Position numbers and translations under genes: made by a program. The notes beneath the pieces were generated by a model that ran no database searches, was not told where the DNA came from, and saw nothing but the letters and a program-made list of their open reading frames with translations. Of a DNA stretch of 64,000 bases, positions 13,205 to 26,195 are shown one piece after another (the first letter of the stretch is position 1; every line of letters starts with the position of its first letter). Location of the stretch: positions 4,764,201 to 4,828,200 of the forward strand of contig NC_092670.1 of assembly GCF_964355755.1 (NCBI RefSeq). Reading direction: 5' to 3'. Source of the DNA: Antedon mediterranea (Eukaryota; Animalia; Echinodermata).

Positions 13205-14050
13205 ACGCGCCACCAGCTGTGGCAACAAGACAAAAAGCAAACAAAAAAAGGTTCTAAACAAGAAAACAAACAAAAAACAATCAAGCAACAATTTATATAA
13301 ATCATGAGTAGTTTTGGCAGACTATATACTGCTAAATGTTTCCACTTTAGGTTATAGGCATGCATATTATCATTTTCAATAATTCTTTTAACAATGACTT
13401 TAAATTTTTTTAAATACAGTGGGTCTTCTGAAATGTTACAGTTGAATATAAATCTTTTAGCTATCAAAATTAGCCTTGTATTTGATGCATCTAAAAAATG
13501 ACATTTTCCGATACCAAAACATATATTAACATTGTTTAAAATTAAATCGTAGTCAATGTTTATTTTTTTACAAAGGTTTTAAAGGACTTACAGAACAATT
13601 GAACTTTTACACAAAATTAAAAAATAAATGTGTCAAGGTTTGAATTTCTTTGTTGCAAAAGTGACATGTAGGTGAATCTATTTTGTGTATTTTATAGAGG
13701 AAACTTTTTGTTGCTATTCTTCTATGAAGAAATTTGAACTGGAAATCCTTTAGTTTACAATTTATAGTACAACTATGCATCTCATGAATACAGTTTCCCA
13801 TTCAAATTGTTTTACATTCAACAATGTAAGTTTTCTTCCCATTTTTGCATAACTATAGGTATACCAATTTTCATTTCCCTTCTATGGTTTGTTTATACTT
13901 CGATTTGAAGTTCGCAATTTTTTTAATTTACTGTTTTCACGAGTATTATCATATGTATTTTGCTGTTCTATGTTTCTATTTTTTTAGGAATAGATATTAA
14001 CTGATACAAGACCTTATTTTAGATCATCCTCTGGTTCTCTTACTGCACTT
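13200..14050 (-). mobile_element. Degraded L1/Tx1-like LINE ORF2 3' end
   Basis: KLKDFQFKFLHRRIATKSFLYKIHKIDSPTCHFCNKEIQTLTHLFF is the zf-RVT-type CxxC..H motif; continues IAKRFIFNC...LKWK. Confidence 0.8.
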
Positions 14051-14639
14051 TTTGGCAAAACATTTTATGTCATTTTTATGACATGTGATATTTAGGGTCG
14101 AAAGTGTGATTGTAAACACCATAACAACAATTTGGACTCTTTCATAATGCAAAGAAGACAACGGTAAAAATGGATGTTTATTAATAGGGACCTATTGTTA
14201 TTTTTTTTACGATACGATTAATAAGGCTTTTCATTTCATTTATTTTGTCATATATAAGATAAAATTAATTACAGGAAAACAATATTAATAATAATATAAA
14301 AAAAGATTACTCTCGGCCTCCTCACAAAGGCCGACATGATCACCAAAAGCAAATACTTAACCGTATAGTGGCTCGCCGAGCCGTCATTAGGAGACAGAGA
14401 GGAAAAAGATAATAACATAAAAATCTTTGTTTAAATATGTAACTCTAGTATTAGACCTATAGATACAGCATAACAAATTAGTGTAATAAGTAAGAATTGT
14501 GTGAAAGCAAAGTTTAAAATCCAGTAATAAACACATATTAATTCATAATGCATATGAGTATACATGATGAAAAAACAACTACTGTATAACACGGTAGACA
14601 ATTAAGAGACTATAATAAATACTACTATAGGCCTACTCA

Positions 14640-14780
14640 TTACATTTGTGGTGATGTGTTTTTACAATTAGTTGTTTTCACATTTGTCGGTGATGCGTTT
14701 TCACATTTGTCGATGATGCGTTTTCACATTTGGTCGTGATGTATTTTCACATTTGGGCGTGATATATTTTCACATTTGCG
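14640..14780. repeat. 23-bp tandem repeat
   Basis: About 6 copies of TTTTCACATTTG(T/G)CGxTGAT. Confidence 0.8.
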
Positions 14781-15787
14781 GTTTTTTTTGTGTTGGTTCT
14801 CAGATCTCTCATAGGCCTACAAGTTTTAGATCAATTAATCATTCTTGCCCACAATTTCGTCACGTGAAAACCCATTAACACTTACGTGTAATGTGCAATG
14901 TGTCTATTCCCATTTGTCATTAGAACTGACATTTCAGTAGAGGAGAATATCATTTTTTCGACGGGAACGAATTAATGTTTCGACTGAAAAACAAATATTT
15001 TGAGGGAACGAACTAATATTTCGAGGAAATGAAACCTTATTCATCCACAAGTTGAAATGTCGACGTTCTGAACGTCTGACATAAAATGTTAAAACAAAAA
15101 CATAATTCTATTTCGTTCTCTGAAATAATGAATTTATTTTATTTTATTCATCTTTACGGGCTGAGCAAAAAACAAGAATGTTTCCTATTAATTAGGCTTA
15201 CGACGTACTACAGTATGCTGATGGAAATAGGCATAGGCCTATTACTATTACTCTCTGTACACAATAATTAGTAAATGTATTTTTGGATTTGGAAATTCCT
15301 ACGGTAGTGAAAAAAACTGTTTTGTAATCGATATTTTTGGAGTGGGTGTATTACCATGCGAATGCGATCATGTATTGCAGTACTATTATCATCCGTCGTC
15401 GGGAATATGGTGTATGATACCGCTCCTAGTAAAGTTATAATAAACAGCTCTTATTTTCAACCTCAACTACGTTTGACTAAATAATGTAAGTACAATCATG
15501 GATTCTCAGTCACAATCTATAGTATCAAAGTAGGCCTACATGATAAGCAACAATGCAACACACCCCTATGCTTTTGTATTGTTCATTGCTTTGGGTATGG
15601 AGGTAGAATTCCTTGAATATACTATACAATGCTTCGTATGTAAATTTAGTGATATCCGGTAATTATATTATTGTAAAGCACAATGTCCATACATGCTCTT
15701 TAAACACGTTTGCATTGTTGTGAAAGATTCATTATATAAACGTCATTAACAGCAATGTTTATTATAAATTCTTCAATTCATAGATAG

Positions 15788-18453
15788 TAGTCCAGTCAAA
15801 AATCACCCTCACCATGGTATAAGAACGTACCCTAATAAAATTTCATCCGTAGGTTCTACGTATATAGGTAATAACATTTCTTGATGTTGCGTCTTGCAAA
15901 ACTTGGGATTTTACGAGAAAATTAGACTTTTATACCCAATTTATAACCGCCTCATGTATTATTGTGTACAGCGAATGCGACGAAGCGTGACTGAAATTAC
16001 GAGACGCCGTTAGCGCCCGTTGAAAAATGCATTAACAAAGCTAAAAACCTACAAAACTAATAGTTTATACAATGATTTAAATATAGTTTACAATAAATTG
16101 TATAATAAAATACATAACATATAGAGAAAACTCAAATATAAACTAAAATATTTACAGATATGTGTTTAAAAATGTACAAATCAAAATGGCCTTCCATAAA
16201 ATAAAGTGCGCCCTCACGAGTCATACTTTTATCGGACTTGTATGGAATGGTTTTACAAGGCATTAATATACGAAACCCGATGCGATTTGTTAGTTATTGC
16301 CTCTGCAAGAGGCAGAATATTATATTTTCACAAATATATTTCTATTTTTTATCATGGAAAAAAGGATTGTATATATTTAAACACATTACAACCTCCAGTC
16401 TACCATCATGATGGATTAAGTGAATTGCGCCGTATTGTATATCTGCTAAAGCGTAATGATCTCCTAGTTAGGGCCTATCTACCTAGTTTTATTCTGGACA
16501 TTCTTTTTTTCACAGCATTACTTGCGTGGATATCACAATGCATTGTATATTCGCGATTATAGTCAATGTTAATTTGAGTGAGAATCATTTTTATATGACA
16601 GTCCATTTCGCGTATACGATTTAAATGAATAAAGTCGTCTGAAATATTTTCTTATTGGTTATCCGCAACAAAGTTAATCCTTGTGATTGTTAGTTTTGTT
16701 TAAGTTTCTTTGAATTGATTCATCCATATCGTATGATGTGTGAGACAATTTCGTCTTTTAGAAAATGTAATCCTGCCACCGAATATTCTTTATGTTTGAG
16801 ACGTCTGACGGATAACTTTGTTATTCTTTTATGTTTAATAACTAATCTTCATCTTCACTTTTTGGGACAATAGCCTACATCTTTTAAGTTTAAAACGTCA
16901 TTTATAAGCAATTGAATAAGCCAACAAATTAAACTACAGTGTTCTTCCAAGCTTTATAAATATTATTCAAATTCATTAAAATGCGTCGGACTCGGCGGAA
17001 AACAATATTTGAAATAAATGCATATAAAAAGTTTTTTGTGGACTTTACTTTCTCGTCCCAAGTTAGAACTTTCAGGTCAGGCCGTGGAGGTGAACCAATC
17101 GTTTATGACATGCTTTTGTGTATAAAATGTCCAATAATAATTATCATTGTAGGACTACTCTCCACCAAAAAAACTTTATAATGTATTTATTACGTCACGT
17201 CTTAAAAAAAGGAGAATTGGGTAATACAGTATGTTGTCGTTTCTCGCGAATCTTACATCACACTCCCACATCTCACTCTCTTTTATTTAGTGAAATGTGA
17301 ATGGTGGAAAAACGGGAAAATACGTTAACTTTAGAATACTTTGAATTCTGGAAGACGACTTCGAACTTAAAGAATCGTCATGAATGACGTTTATTGGCTC
17401 AAACTTCACACATCGGTACGATGTGGAGGCCAGACGGATTCAGAGAGGATCAAACCGGCAACTCCTCCTCATTGGCAGTGGGGGAAGTGGTTGGTGGTGG
17501 CGGGTGAAAAGGGAAAATGAAAAATGTTGATTTAGACGAATCCCGACCAGCCCCTTTGATACGCTCTAAATAATTGTAGGAAAGTGAAAGGCCTACTTGA
17601 GGTAGTATCTTCGTATAGGCCTACGCGTAATTGATTATCCTTAAATGATTGGTTCTTACTCTAATTAAGATTATAATCGCGAATGGCAGTTCAAAATATG
17701 CAATGCATTGTGATATCCACGCAAGGAATGCTGTGGAAACAAAAATGTCCAAAATAAAACCAGCAGAACTAGTAAATCATTACGCTCCAGCAGATATACA
17801 AATATACACTTTATCCATCATGATGGTATACTGGAGGTTGTAATGTGTTTAAATATATACAATCCTTTTTTCCATGATAAAAAATATAAATAAATTTGTG
17901 AAAATAAAATATTCTGCCTCTTGCGTAAAAAAAAGGCAATTACTAATAAACCGCATCGGGTTTCGTACATTTATGCCTTGTATAACCATTCATTATACAA
18001 GTCCGATAAAAGTATGACTCATGAGGGCGCACTTTATTTTATGGAAGGCCATTTTGATTTGTACATTTTTAAACACATATCTGTAAATATTTTAGTTTAT
18101 ATTTGAGTTTTCTCTATATGTTATGTATTTTATTATACAATTTATTGTAAACTATATTTAAATCATTGTATAAACTATTAGTTTTGTAGGTTTTTAGCTT
18201 TGTTAATGCATTTTTCAACGGGCGCTAACGGCGTCTCGTAATTTCAGTCACGCTTCGTCGCATTCGCTGTACACAATAATACGACATGAGGTGGTTATAA
18301 ATTAGGTATAAAAGTCTAATTTTCTCGTAAAATCCCAAGTTTTGCAAGACGCAACATCAAGAAATGTTATTACCTATATACATAGAACCTACGGGTGAAA
18401 TTTTATTAGGGTACGTTCTTATACCATGGTGAGGGTGATTTTTGACTGGACTA
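15788..18453. mobile_element. Non-autonomous DNA transposon with TIRs of about 630 bp (Academ-like)
   Basis: 15788-~16420 is the reverse complement of ~17805-18453. Ends are TAGTCCAGTC...GACTGGACTA with 3-bp TSD TAG on both sides. No transposase ORF. Confidence 0.85.
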
Positions 18454-19326
18454 TAGGCCTAAACATTTTATTTTGTATGTTAGTGTGTTGATTAGAGGAT
18501 GTTGTTATAGCAATAAGGCTCAACTCCACCTCTCAGTGGGCTAGAATAGAATATGAACCTGTGGGCCTATGCGCGTGGAGCAATGTACCCCCGAATGTAC
18601 CACAAACGATCTCAAGCTATAATAGGCCTACACATGCCGAGAATCTCGGAGATCATTGATCATGATTTTTTATTTTGGGATTTAATCTTATGGCAAAACA
18701 CAATGGCTATAAAAAAAACTTTACCTTACAATTTGTAGATTTATAACATTTTTAAATATTTTAAATTATAAAGCAGTAATTGATCTTGTCACCCACTACA
18801 TTGTCCACCCAACCAATTAATACCCCGTCCCTCTTACTACCTCTTGGGTATGTAGACCTACACAATGTTACGAAGTTTCTTAAATTAAGAGATAAAATGA
18901 TCAAAATTGCTTGTCATACCACCGGCCGATTTTATAGATGACTCATATTAATTCGCGCATCATCGAACAAGGATTACGAAATTTATTATTTATAGGCATA
19001 AAAAAACCCGCCGTAAATTCCAACTTACTATTTATTGTTACCCCATGCATTTTCTTTATAGTACATTTCTTCACGTAGGCCTACGGTACGTTATATTGGC
19101 CACAGTTCTAACATTGAGTTATTGATAAGTAATATTGAGGTAAGTATGTATTTGTTTCCTTATGCTAATATAGCTATGTAAGAGGTTTTTCAGTAAAACA
19201 GGTAGCACAAGTGCCTCATGTCTTGAAGTGTCTGCTGCACCTTCCCGTTTGGTTTGTATACAAGTGTAGGCCTACTCCTTCCTATAAACTTGTTCGTGTC
19301 GAACGTCGTAGGCCCACTCATACGCG

Positions 19327-20910
19327 TTAAGCCTGTTTTCCTGTCGACGTTATTCGACGCTATCGTTAACAAAAATCGGCGATCTTCTACGTAAACATTA
19401 ACATTTTAACGATTTACAGGAAAAGGTACTTTTTTAACTAACGACGACGATACAAAATGTCGGCGATTTACAGGAAAAGGTGTAATAATCGACGGTAACC
19501 GACGCTACAAGTCGCGATCGTTGACAATCGCAAGAGTTGAATCCAGTTCAACTCTAGCGATATCGCAACGCTAAAACGTAAGAACTGACCAATCATCATG
19601 GCGATACAGCAAATTGATGGCAAATTCTGCTTACTACATTTATTTTTGTTGCATCGCGGCGCGGTCAAAGCTATGCCTAGCCTTACCAAAGTTACTATAA
19701 AATGATGTTCCGGAAAGTAAGTGCGGGAATATTAGGTAGGTCAAGTCTTCAGCGTAGTCCAAAATTCTATTTGGACTAGGATAGGCCTACTGAGAACGAA
19801 GAACCATCAGTATAGAGATATTAGTATGCCTTAAGCCTGTTTTCCTGTCGACGTTAGTCGACGCTATCATCGTTAATCGTTAAAAGTTCAACGACGAACG
19901 TTTGAAAACGTCGACAGGAAAACAGGCTTAAACGATCGTCTTTATGCCTGTTTTCCTGTCGACGTTAGTAGACGCTATCGTCGTTGATCGTTAAAAGTTC
20001 AACGACGATCGTTTGAAACAATCAAGTTGAAATGATAACGATAGCGATTACCTTTTCCTGTAAATCGTTAACATGGTGTAATAATCGACGGTGATCGACG
20101 CTACAAGTCGCGATCGTTGACAATCGCAAGAGTTGAATCCAGATCAACTCTAGCGATATCGCAACGCTAAAACGTAAGAACTGACCAATCATCATGGCGA
20201 TACAGCACATGACGTCACATAATTGATGGCAACTTCTGCTGACTACATTTATTTTTGTTGCATCGCGGCGAGGTCAAAGCTAGGCCTAGCCTTAATACCA
20301 AAGTTACTATAAAATGATGTTCCGGAAAGTAGGCGCGGGGATATTAGGTAGGTCAAAGTCTTCAGCCTAGTCCAAAATGCTATTTGGACTAGGATAGGCC
20401 TACTGAAAACGAAGAACCATCAGTATAGAGATATTAGTATGCCTAGGCCCACGTGTCCTACACTGTGAGCCTACTGCTAGAGGCAGGGGAGTCCTCTATT
20501 CATTTTTGCGCGTTACGACGACGTCGAGAAAGAAGACCGGAGTTAGGCCTAGCTTTGACCGCGCCGCGATGCAACAAAAATAAAATGTAATCAGGAGAAT
20601 TTGCCCTCAATTATGTGACGTCATGTACTGTATCGCCATGATGATTGGTCAGTTCTTACGTTTTAGCGTTGCGATATCGCTAGAGTTGAACTGGATTCAA
20701 CTCTTGCGATTGTCAACGATCGCGACTTGCAGCGTCGATTACCGTCGATTATTACACCTTTTCCTGTAAATCGCCGACATTTTGTAGTGTCGTCGTTAGT
20801 TAAAAAAGTCCCTTTTCCTGTAAATCGTTAAAATGTCTATGTTTACGTTGAAGATCGCCGATTTTTGTTAACGATAGCGTCGAATAACGTCGACAGGAAA
20901 ACAGGCTTAA
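19327..20910. mobile_element. Harbinger-like palindromic element with nested copies of its own family
   Basis: Inverted arms of about 350 bp starting TTAAGCCTGTTTTCCTGTCGACG; mini-copy at 19831-19931; further start at 19942; internal duplication ~19480-19830 vs ~20080-20445. Confidence 0.85.
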
Positions 20911-21190
20911 CTTGTTCAACGTAGAATCTGTCCCGCTCCCGATTTTTCTTTTCGTACATTATTCTTACGTCACACCTTATGAATAATGAATATTCATGTT
21001 TATTTTGTGACGTTTCATGAAGGGTCTCCAACGAACTTATGTACGAAAAAAATATCGCGTCCCGCTCAGCCGCCCGTCCGCTCCGAATGGTCATAAGCAA
21101 TAACATAGACTCGATGTTTGTTTTCTGCTTATCGTTAACCGTTTCCTCCCGTCTGTATTGGCCTTAACAGTACCTCATTTTTTTGTAGTT

Positions 21191-21829
21191 ATGATGATAA
21201 TGATAGGAGCATTGATGTTTAGCTTTTTGTGCGTCACATCTGCAAGCAGCCCAATATCACAACACAATGCTACACTCGGATGTCCAATGAAACTGAATGT
21301 TTCCTACACTGGAATACTACAGCAGGGAGAAATGTTTATGGTTGATCAAAACAAAGTGAAAATATATTGCTCTGAAGAAGAACGCATTTGCAATCTAACC
21401 AAACATGAAGGAAAGATTTATATAACGTTTTTTACTGTGACGAACGACACCGAAGGAACGTACAACCTGATTTGTAGGGATACTACCGGGGTTGTGAATG
21501 AACAGTCATTCAAGATTGTTGTTAATAACATTAACAACGGCACATGTACGAATAGTAACGAGCAGAAGCTTTCACAAATACGCCACTTACTAGGCACAAC
21601 CACACAGCAATCTCTTTTGAGTACAACCATGAATGATTTTACCCCTAGTTTAGATCATCTAGTCAACTCGCAAACAGCAAACAATGTTGGTAAAATAGTT
21701 GTTACTGTGTGTGTAGGCCTAATTGTAATTATGTTATTCCTATTAATATTATTTTTAAAACGGGTTATTTACAAAAAGAAAACTGACTCATCTGATGATA
21801 AATACCGTTCATCATCGGTAAATGTCTAA
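21191..21829 (+). CDS. Type I membrane protein with one atypical Ig-like domain (cluster copy 2), 212 aa
   Basis: Acceptor TTTTGTAG ends 21188, ATG at 21191; signal peptide; HNATLGC...IYCSEEERICNLTKHEGK...EGTYNLIC...FKIVVNN; TM IVVTVCVGLIVIMLFLLILFL; basic tail ending SVNV. Confidence 0.88.
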   Translation: MMIMIGALMFSFLCVTSASSPISQHNATLGCPMKLNVSYTGILQQGEMFMVDQNKVKIYCSEEERICNLTKHEGKIYITFFTVTNDTEGTYNLICRDTTGVVNEQSFKIVVNNINNGTCTNSNEQKLSQIRHLLGTTTQQSLLSTTMNDFTPSLDHLVNSQTANNVGKIVVTVCVGLIVIMLFLLILFLKRVIYKKKTDSSDDKYRSSSVNV

Positions 21830-22781
21830 ATGTATATGTTTCTGCTGAAATATTACTTACATTATTTTTTGATTGTTATACAAGAAATGTCAATGAATGG
21901 ATATTACTGACTTGACTTATTGGGCCTATTAATATAGGCCTAGGTATTCACCTATTAAAAGCATCATCAAGTAACTATTGCTTCTTTTTCACGAAAGAGA
22001 AACTGGTTAGATATTGATGCTTTTGGTCTAGTCAAGTAATATAAACATACGTTTTTGTAATTTTATGAAAAATTAGCGGGATTGGAGAGTAGTTTACTCT
22101 TTAATATAATGCAAATTTTCATCTTACGCCAAAAAGTGAGAATTTCTTTTTCGTAACAATGATTTAAAATTCAAGTTATCCATAAAAAATGAGAAAATAA
22201 TCTAAAAAGGCCAGGCTTGGCTTCGAACTTTCTCTTTGACCTGTATATAGCAACCTACCACACGATTTTTAATACATTTTAATTGTTACACTGTACTAAA
22301 CTTTCTATAATAAAATTTGTACAATGCTTTTGATATAATAATGTATTGTAAACAAGCACACCATTTGTACTTTGTACTTCCAAGGGCTCCATAAATTTAA
22401 CTGTTGTGTACTATACGGTATACCAAATAATAATAAAAGTTGATATGATGTCATCTAACGTTTCTACCTAAAGATGTCATATAAGTTTCATCTAAAAACT
22501 AACTATACTCATCTCCAATTATGGGATGAGGTCATAATTGGCACCCCCACATATTCTGTAAGATAATATAATTAATAAGGGTCCCTTCTCCTCATTTAGG
22601 CAGTTTAACCAATTCATAAGCAAGCAACTACACACAACTTTGTAATGTATTCTGTGTGTAATGAAATGTTGTTATATTAGGCCTGTATGCGACTTTACTG
22701 CATCTTTTTTTCACTTGTAATAAAAATTGTACAGTTTAATTTTACATTCTTAGTTTGTTGTATTAAACAGGAGCAAAAGTG

Positions 22782-22974
22782 TAAAGGCCTGTTTACACAG
22801 ACAAGCGTTAACGGCAAGCGGAAAACCGCGTAACTTGTCCAACGTCGAATTTGTATCTCGGAAACCGCCCATCCGGTCCAATCCGCGTTGTGTACAAATG
22901 GCCATAAGTAATAACATAGGCCTATAAATTAATTTAAATTAACGTTAACGCTCGTCTGTGTAAAGTGGCCTTAA
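22782..22974. mobile_element. Harbinger-like MITE
   Basis: TAAAGGCCTGTTTACACAGACAAGCGTTAACG ... CGTTAACGCTCGTCTGTGTAAAGTGGCCTTAA. Confidence 0.8.
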
Positions 22975-23478
22975 GCCTCGTGACGCAAAATGTGGATTAT
23001 AAATATGTATAAATTGTGAATTAGTAAGTTCGAAGTCTTTATTATAACTATTTAAAAATAAATTGAATTCCTTAAAAAAGCAATGTGTGAAGCATTGATT
23101 ATTGGCGAATCATCTTGACCTATAAGTTAATGTTTGAAAAAGGTAAGGGAATTCATATACGGTGTCCTGTTCTATAATTTGCATTTAGTTCCATTGTTTC
23201 AATCTAGAAAGATTTAACATCGTGACAATATTCTTCGAATGGACGAATCTAATTAATGGCTTCGCTGCCTTGAGTACCGTTAGTAATTATACTGTATATT
23301 CACCGGTGGTATATTCTAAATCCTAACTCTAAACGGAGTGTCCATGAAATTGATTAAACGAGGCGAGTTGTATCATGTAGGAAAAAATAAATATTAATTT
23401 TTACTACATGGTTGATTCATAACATTTAATGTGCATGAAAGGGGCAGTTTAAAGAGCAGCAATATATATGCAAATGTT

Positions 23479-23515
23479 GGGGGATTTACCAGGCTGAGTC
23501 TAATGGGAAATTCCC
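23479..23515. promoter_or_regulatory. NF-kB-like site pair
   Basis: GGGGGATTTACC at 23479 and consensus GGGAAATTCCC at 23505. Confidence 0.4.
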
Positions 23516-25546
23516 GAAAACATGTGATTTACGTATTTAGAAACATCAAACATTGTAAAGAAGAGTGATAGGCCCAATTGTGTTCTTTTTTTCTTCGAAG
23601 ACGGACGCACTTTCTTACAATGTGTTATTTTGCAACTTTCAACTGCGTTTAGCGGTACGGTAAGTAGGCCTATAAATAATAGCAATGCCTACTATAATAT
23701 ATTTTTGTTATTTGAGGCTGTATTAGCCCTGGTTACAATATAGTAAGTGTTCTTGTTCGATGAGTGTTGTCGACATATTATAAGCCTAATTAACAACACC
23801 TTATAAATGCCTCCTTGGATTAACATATACACTCATTTGCATAATAGTAGTGTTGTATTTTGCAATTATTATTTAAGAGCTGATTTTCATATATTTAATG
23901 AAATTGATATTTAAATGGTGGTTTTTCATTTTATAAGCATTTTGTTTCTTGAATTTTTCTATTTTCTTTGTTTAAATCAGTTATTTCTAATTCGTTGTCA
24001 AGTTGTCATTTTCAGAGTAATATGGTGGGACCAAACCCACACAACTATTCACCCCCTTACTCTCCCCGATGCCTACTTAACTTGGAACATTCCTCCTGAG
24101 GTGGGTCTTCCAAGGAAAGTCAATTTAATTTAATCAGTCATCATCCTTCCTGTCCCCTTAATATAAATATATGTTTTGTAGTTAAGTTAGATAGTTTGGG
24201 TATTGATTCTCAAGACTATCAGTCAGAATCACTACATTTTCACATTGTTGTTATAATCTCACTGTTGATTGAATAAGTATTATATTTTGTACATTGAATA
24301 ATGTTGTGCCATCGTTATTGTCTTGGCCCTCGACACAACTACAGTTACATTGTCATATTAGGTCTATTAATGGTTTCTGATATTGGGCGAGTATATACTC
24401 GAACTAAATTGCCCAGAAGGAATTGAAATAATGTATTACACCGGCACCTTTTCAACTCAACAATGAAATTCAATATTTAACAAACAATGTTTTTTGACCA
24501 AAACGGGTTTTGACGGTATTAATTCATGCTACTACTTACTATAACACTGATTTGTGACCGTGGCTGCAATATTCATTATAATTTTCTCATAATTTTATTT
24601 GACAATGCTTAAGAATCATCTGAGCGTAAGAGATTAGCGAGGAATTTCATTATAGGAAATTCCTAATTCCTAATATAATACATATCAGGATCATGATGAT
24701 ACACCCCTGTCCGCTAAAACAAACAAACAAAGCAATGTATGCTTCCGTGGTTATTACATCATTATCATCATCATCGATATTTTGGGGAGAGTGGGTATTT
24801 TCCAAAGATTTATTTAAATTTTATAAAATGTAGGCAGGCTGCAGAGTTCTTTCGTTGTTCAAGCACTATACAAATTTAAGAAGCAACATGTTAGCTACGA
24901 TTTTATCTATGTTTTACTGACGTTGTAAGTACAATATAATTTATTAAAATACAACGCATTACCTGATGCTGATCGGGCATTGTGGTCGTTGCTGTATAAG
25001 TGATTGGCTCTAGGCCTATATTAAAACGTATTTCTGTTACTTCAGTTGGGCAAGCATTCTTGTTATAGTCTTCTATATAGTCACGTATCGTAACTAAGTA
25101 CTGGGTAACGTGAAGAGCACATCATGAATTACGATTGTATCTAACGGATTGCGAGATAGCTGTTATAGTTCTGTATTAACAAAGTCACAAAATAGAGCGT
25201 TCGAACCCCGTAAATGACATGCCATTTGTCTACACACAGTGTTCGACATTAGCCAATTGTCAATTCTTACCGCTCGTTATGTATGAGCTAATTATGTTCA
25301 GGTATAGAAGAAATATAGGCTAAATAATGAACAATTTATGTTTATGTTCTGCATCACTATGCGCTGTCATCGACAATGTATGTATACTCGGTACACTTTA
25401 GGAAATCTGTGAGAATGATTGTATATTAACAAATATTACGCCATCTTAATGGTTACGGCATGTTATCTTATTAAACGTCATTTTGCGGTTGCGATTATTA
25501 TTGACTTGGTAATACTTAGAACATGATTACAAAATGGAATGCTCAT

Positions 25547-26011
25547 TAAAGCTTGGTTCCCATTAGAACGTAACGCAAGGACGTAAACGCAACGCAAGCG
25601 TTTTAACCAATGACAAGCGAAGTTATAGACAGTTAAGCGTGGTTCCCACTAGTGACGCAACGCAAGGACGTAACGCAACGCAAATGAATTGACCAATCAC
25701 AAGCGATGGCTTATTCGCTTGTGATTGCTAACTGTCTATAACTTCGCTTGTCATTGGTTAACACACTTGCGTTGCGTTTACGTCCTTGCGTTGCGTTCTA
25801 GTGGGAATCAAGCTTTAGCACAAGCGAATAAGCCATCGCTTGTGATTGGTCAATTCACTTGCGTTGCCGTTACGTCCTTGTGTTGCGTCGCTAGTGGGAA
25901 CCACGCTTAAGCGTGGTTCCCACTAGCGACGCAACGTAACGCAATCTACGCAACGTAAGAAAATGCCATTCTAATAATTGTGTTTGCCCCGCTTTCGTGA
26001 AATCAAACCTG
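25547..26011. mobile_element. Self-nested Harbinger-like MITE cluster (duplicated at 30194-30764)
   Basis: TIRs AAGC(T/G)TGGTTCCCACTAG; an inverted copy is inserted at TTA (25633-25817) inside another copy; a third copy abuts at TTAA 25907. Confidence 0.85.
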
Positions 26012-26195
26012 CGATGTTTGGCTCTAGGCCTATATAAAAACATTAGCCAATTGTTAATTCTTACCGCTCGTTATGTATGAGCTAATTATGTTCAGGTATA
26101 GAAGAAATATAGGCTAAATAATGAACAATTTATGTTTATGTTCTGCATCACTATGCGCTGTCATCGACAATGTATGTATATACTCGGTACACTTT

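Noticed and set aside
16206-18106. ORFs within the long-TIR element as a transposase
   Set aside because: Short, non-ATG or low-complexity, with no DDE or other recognisable motifs.
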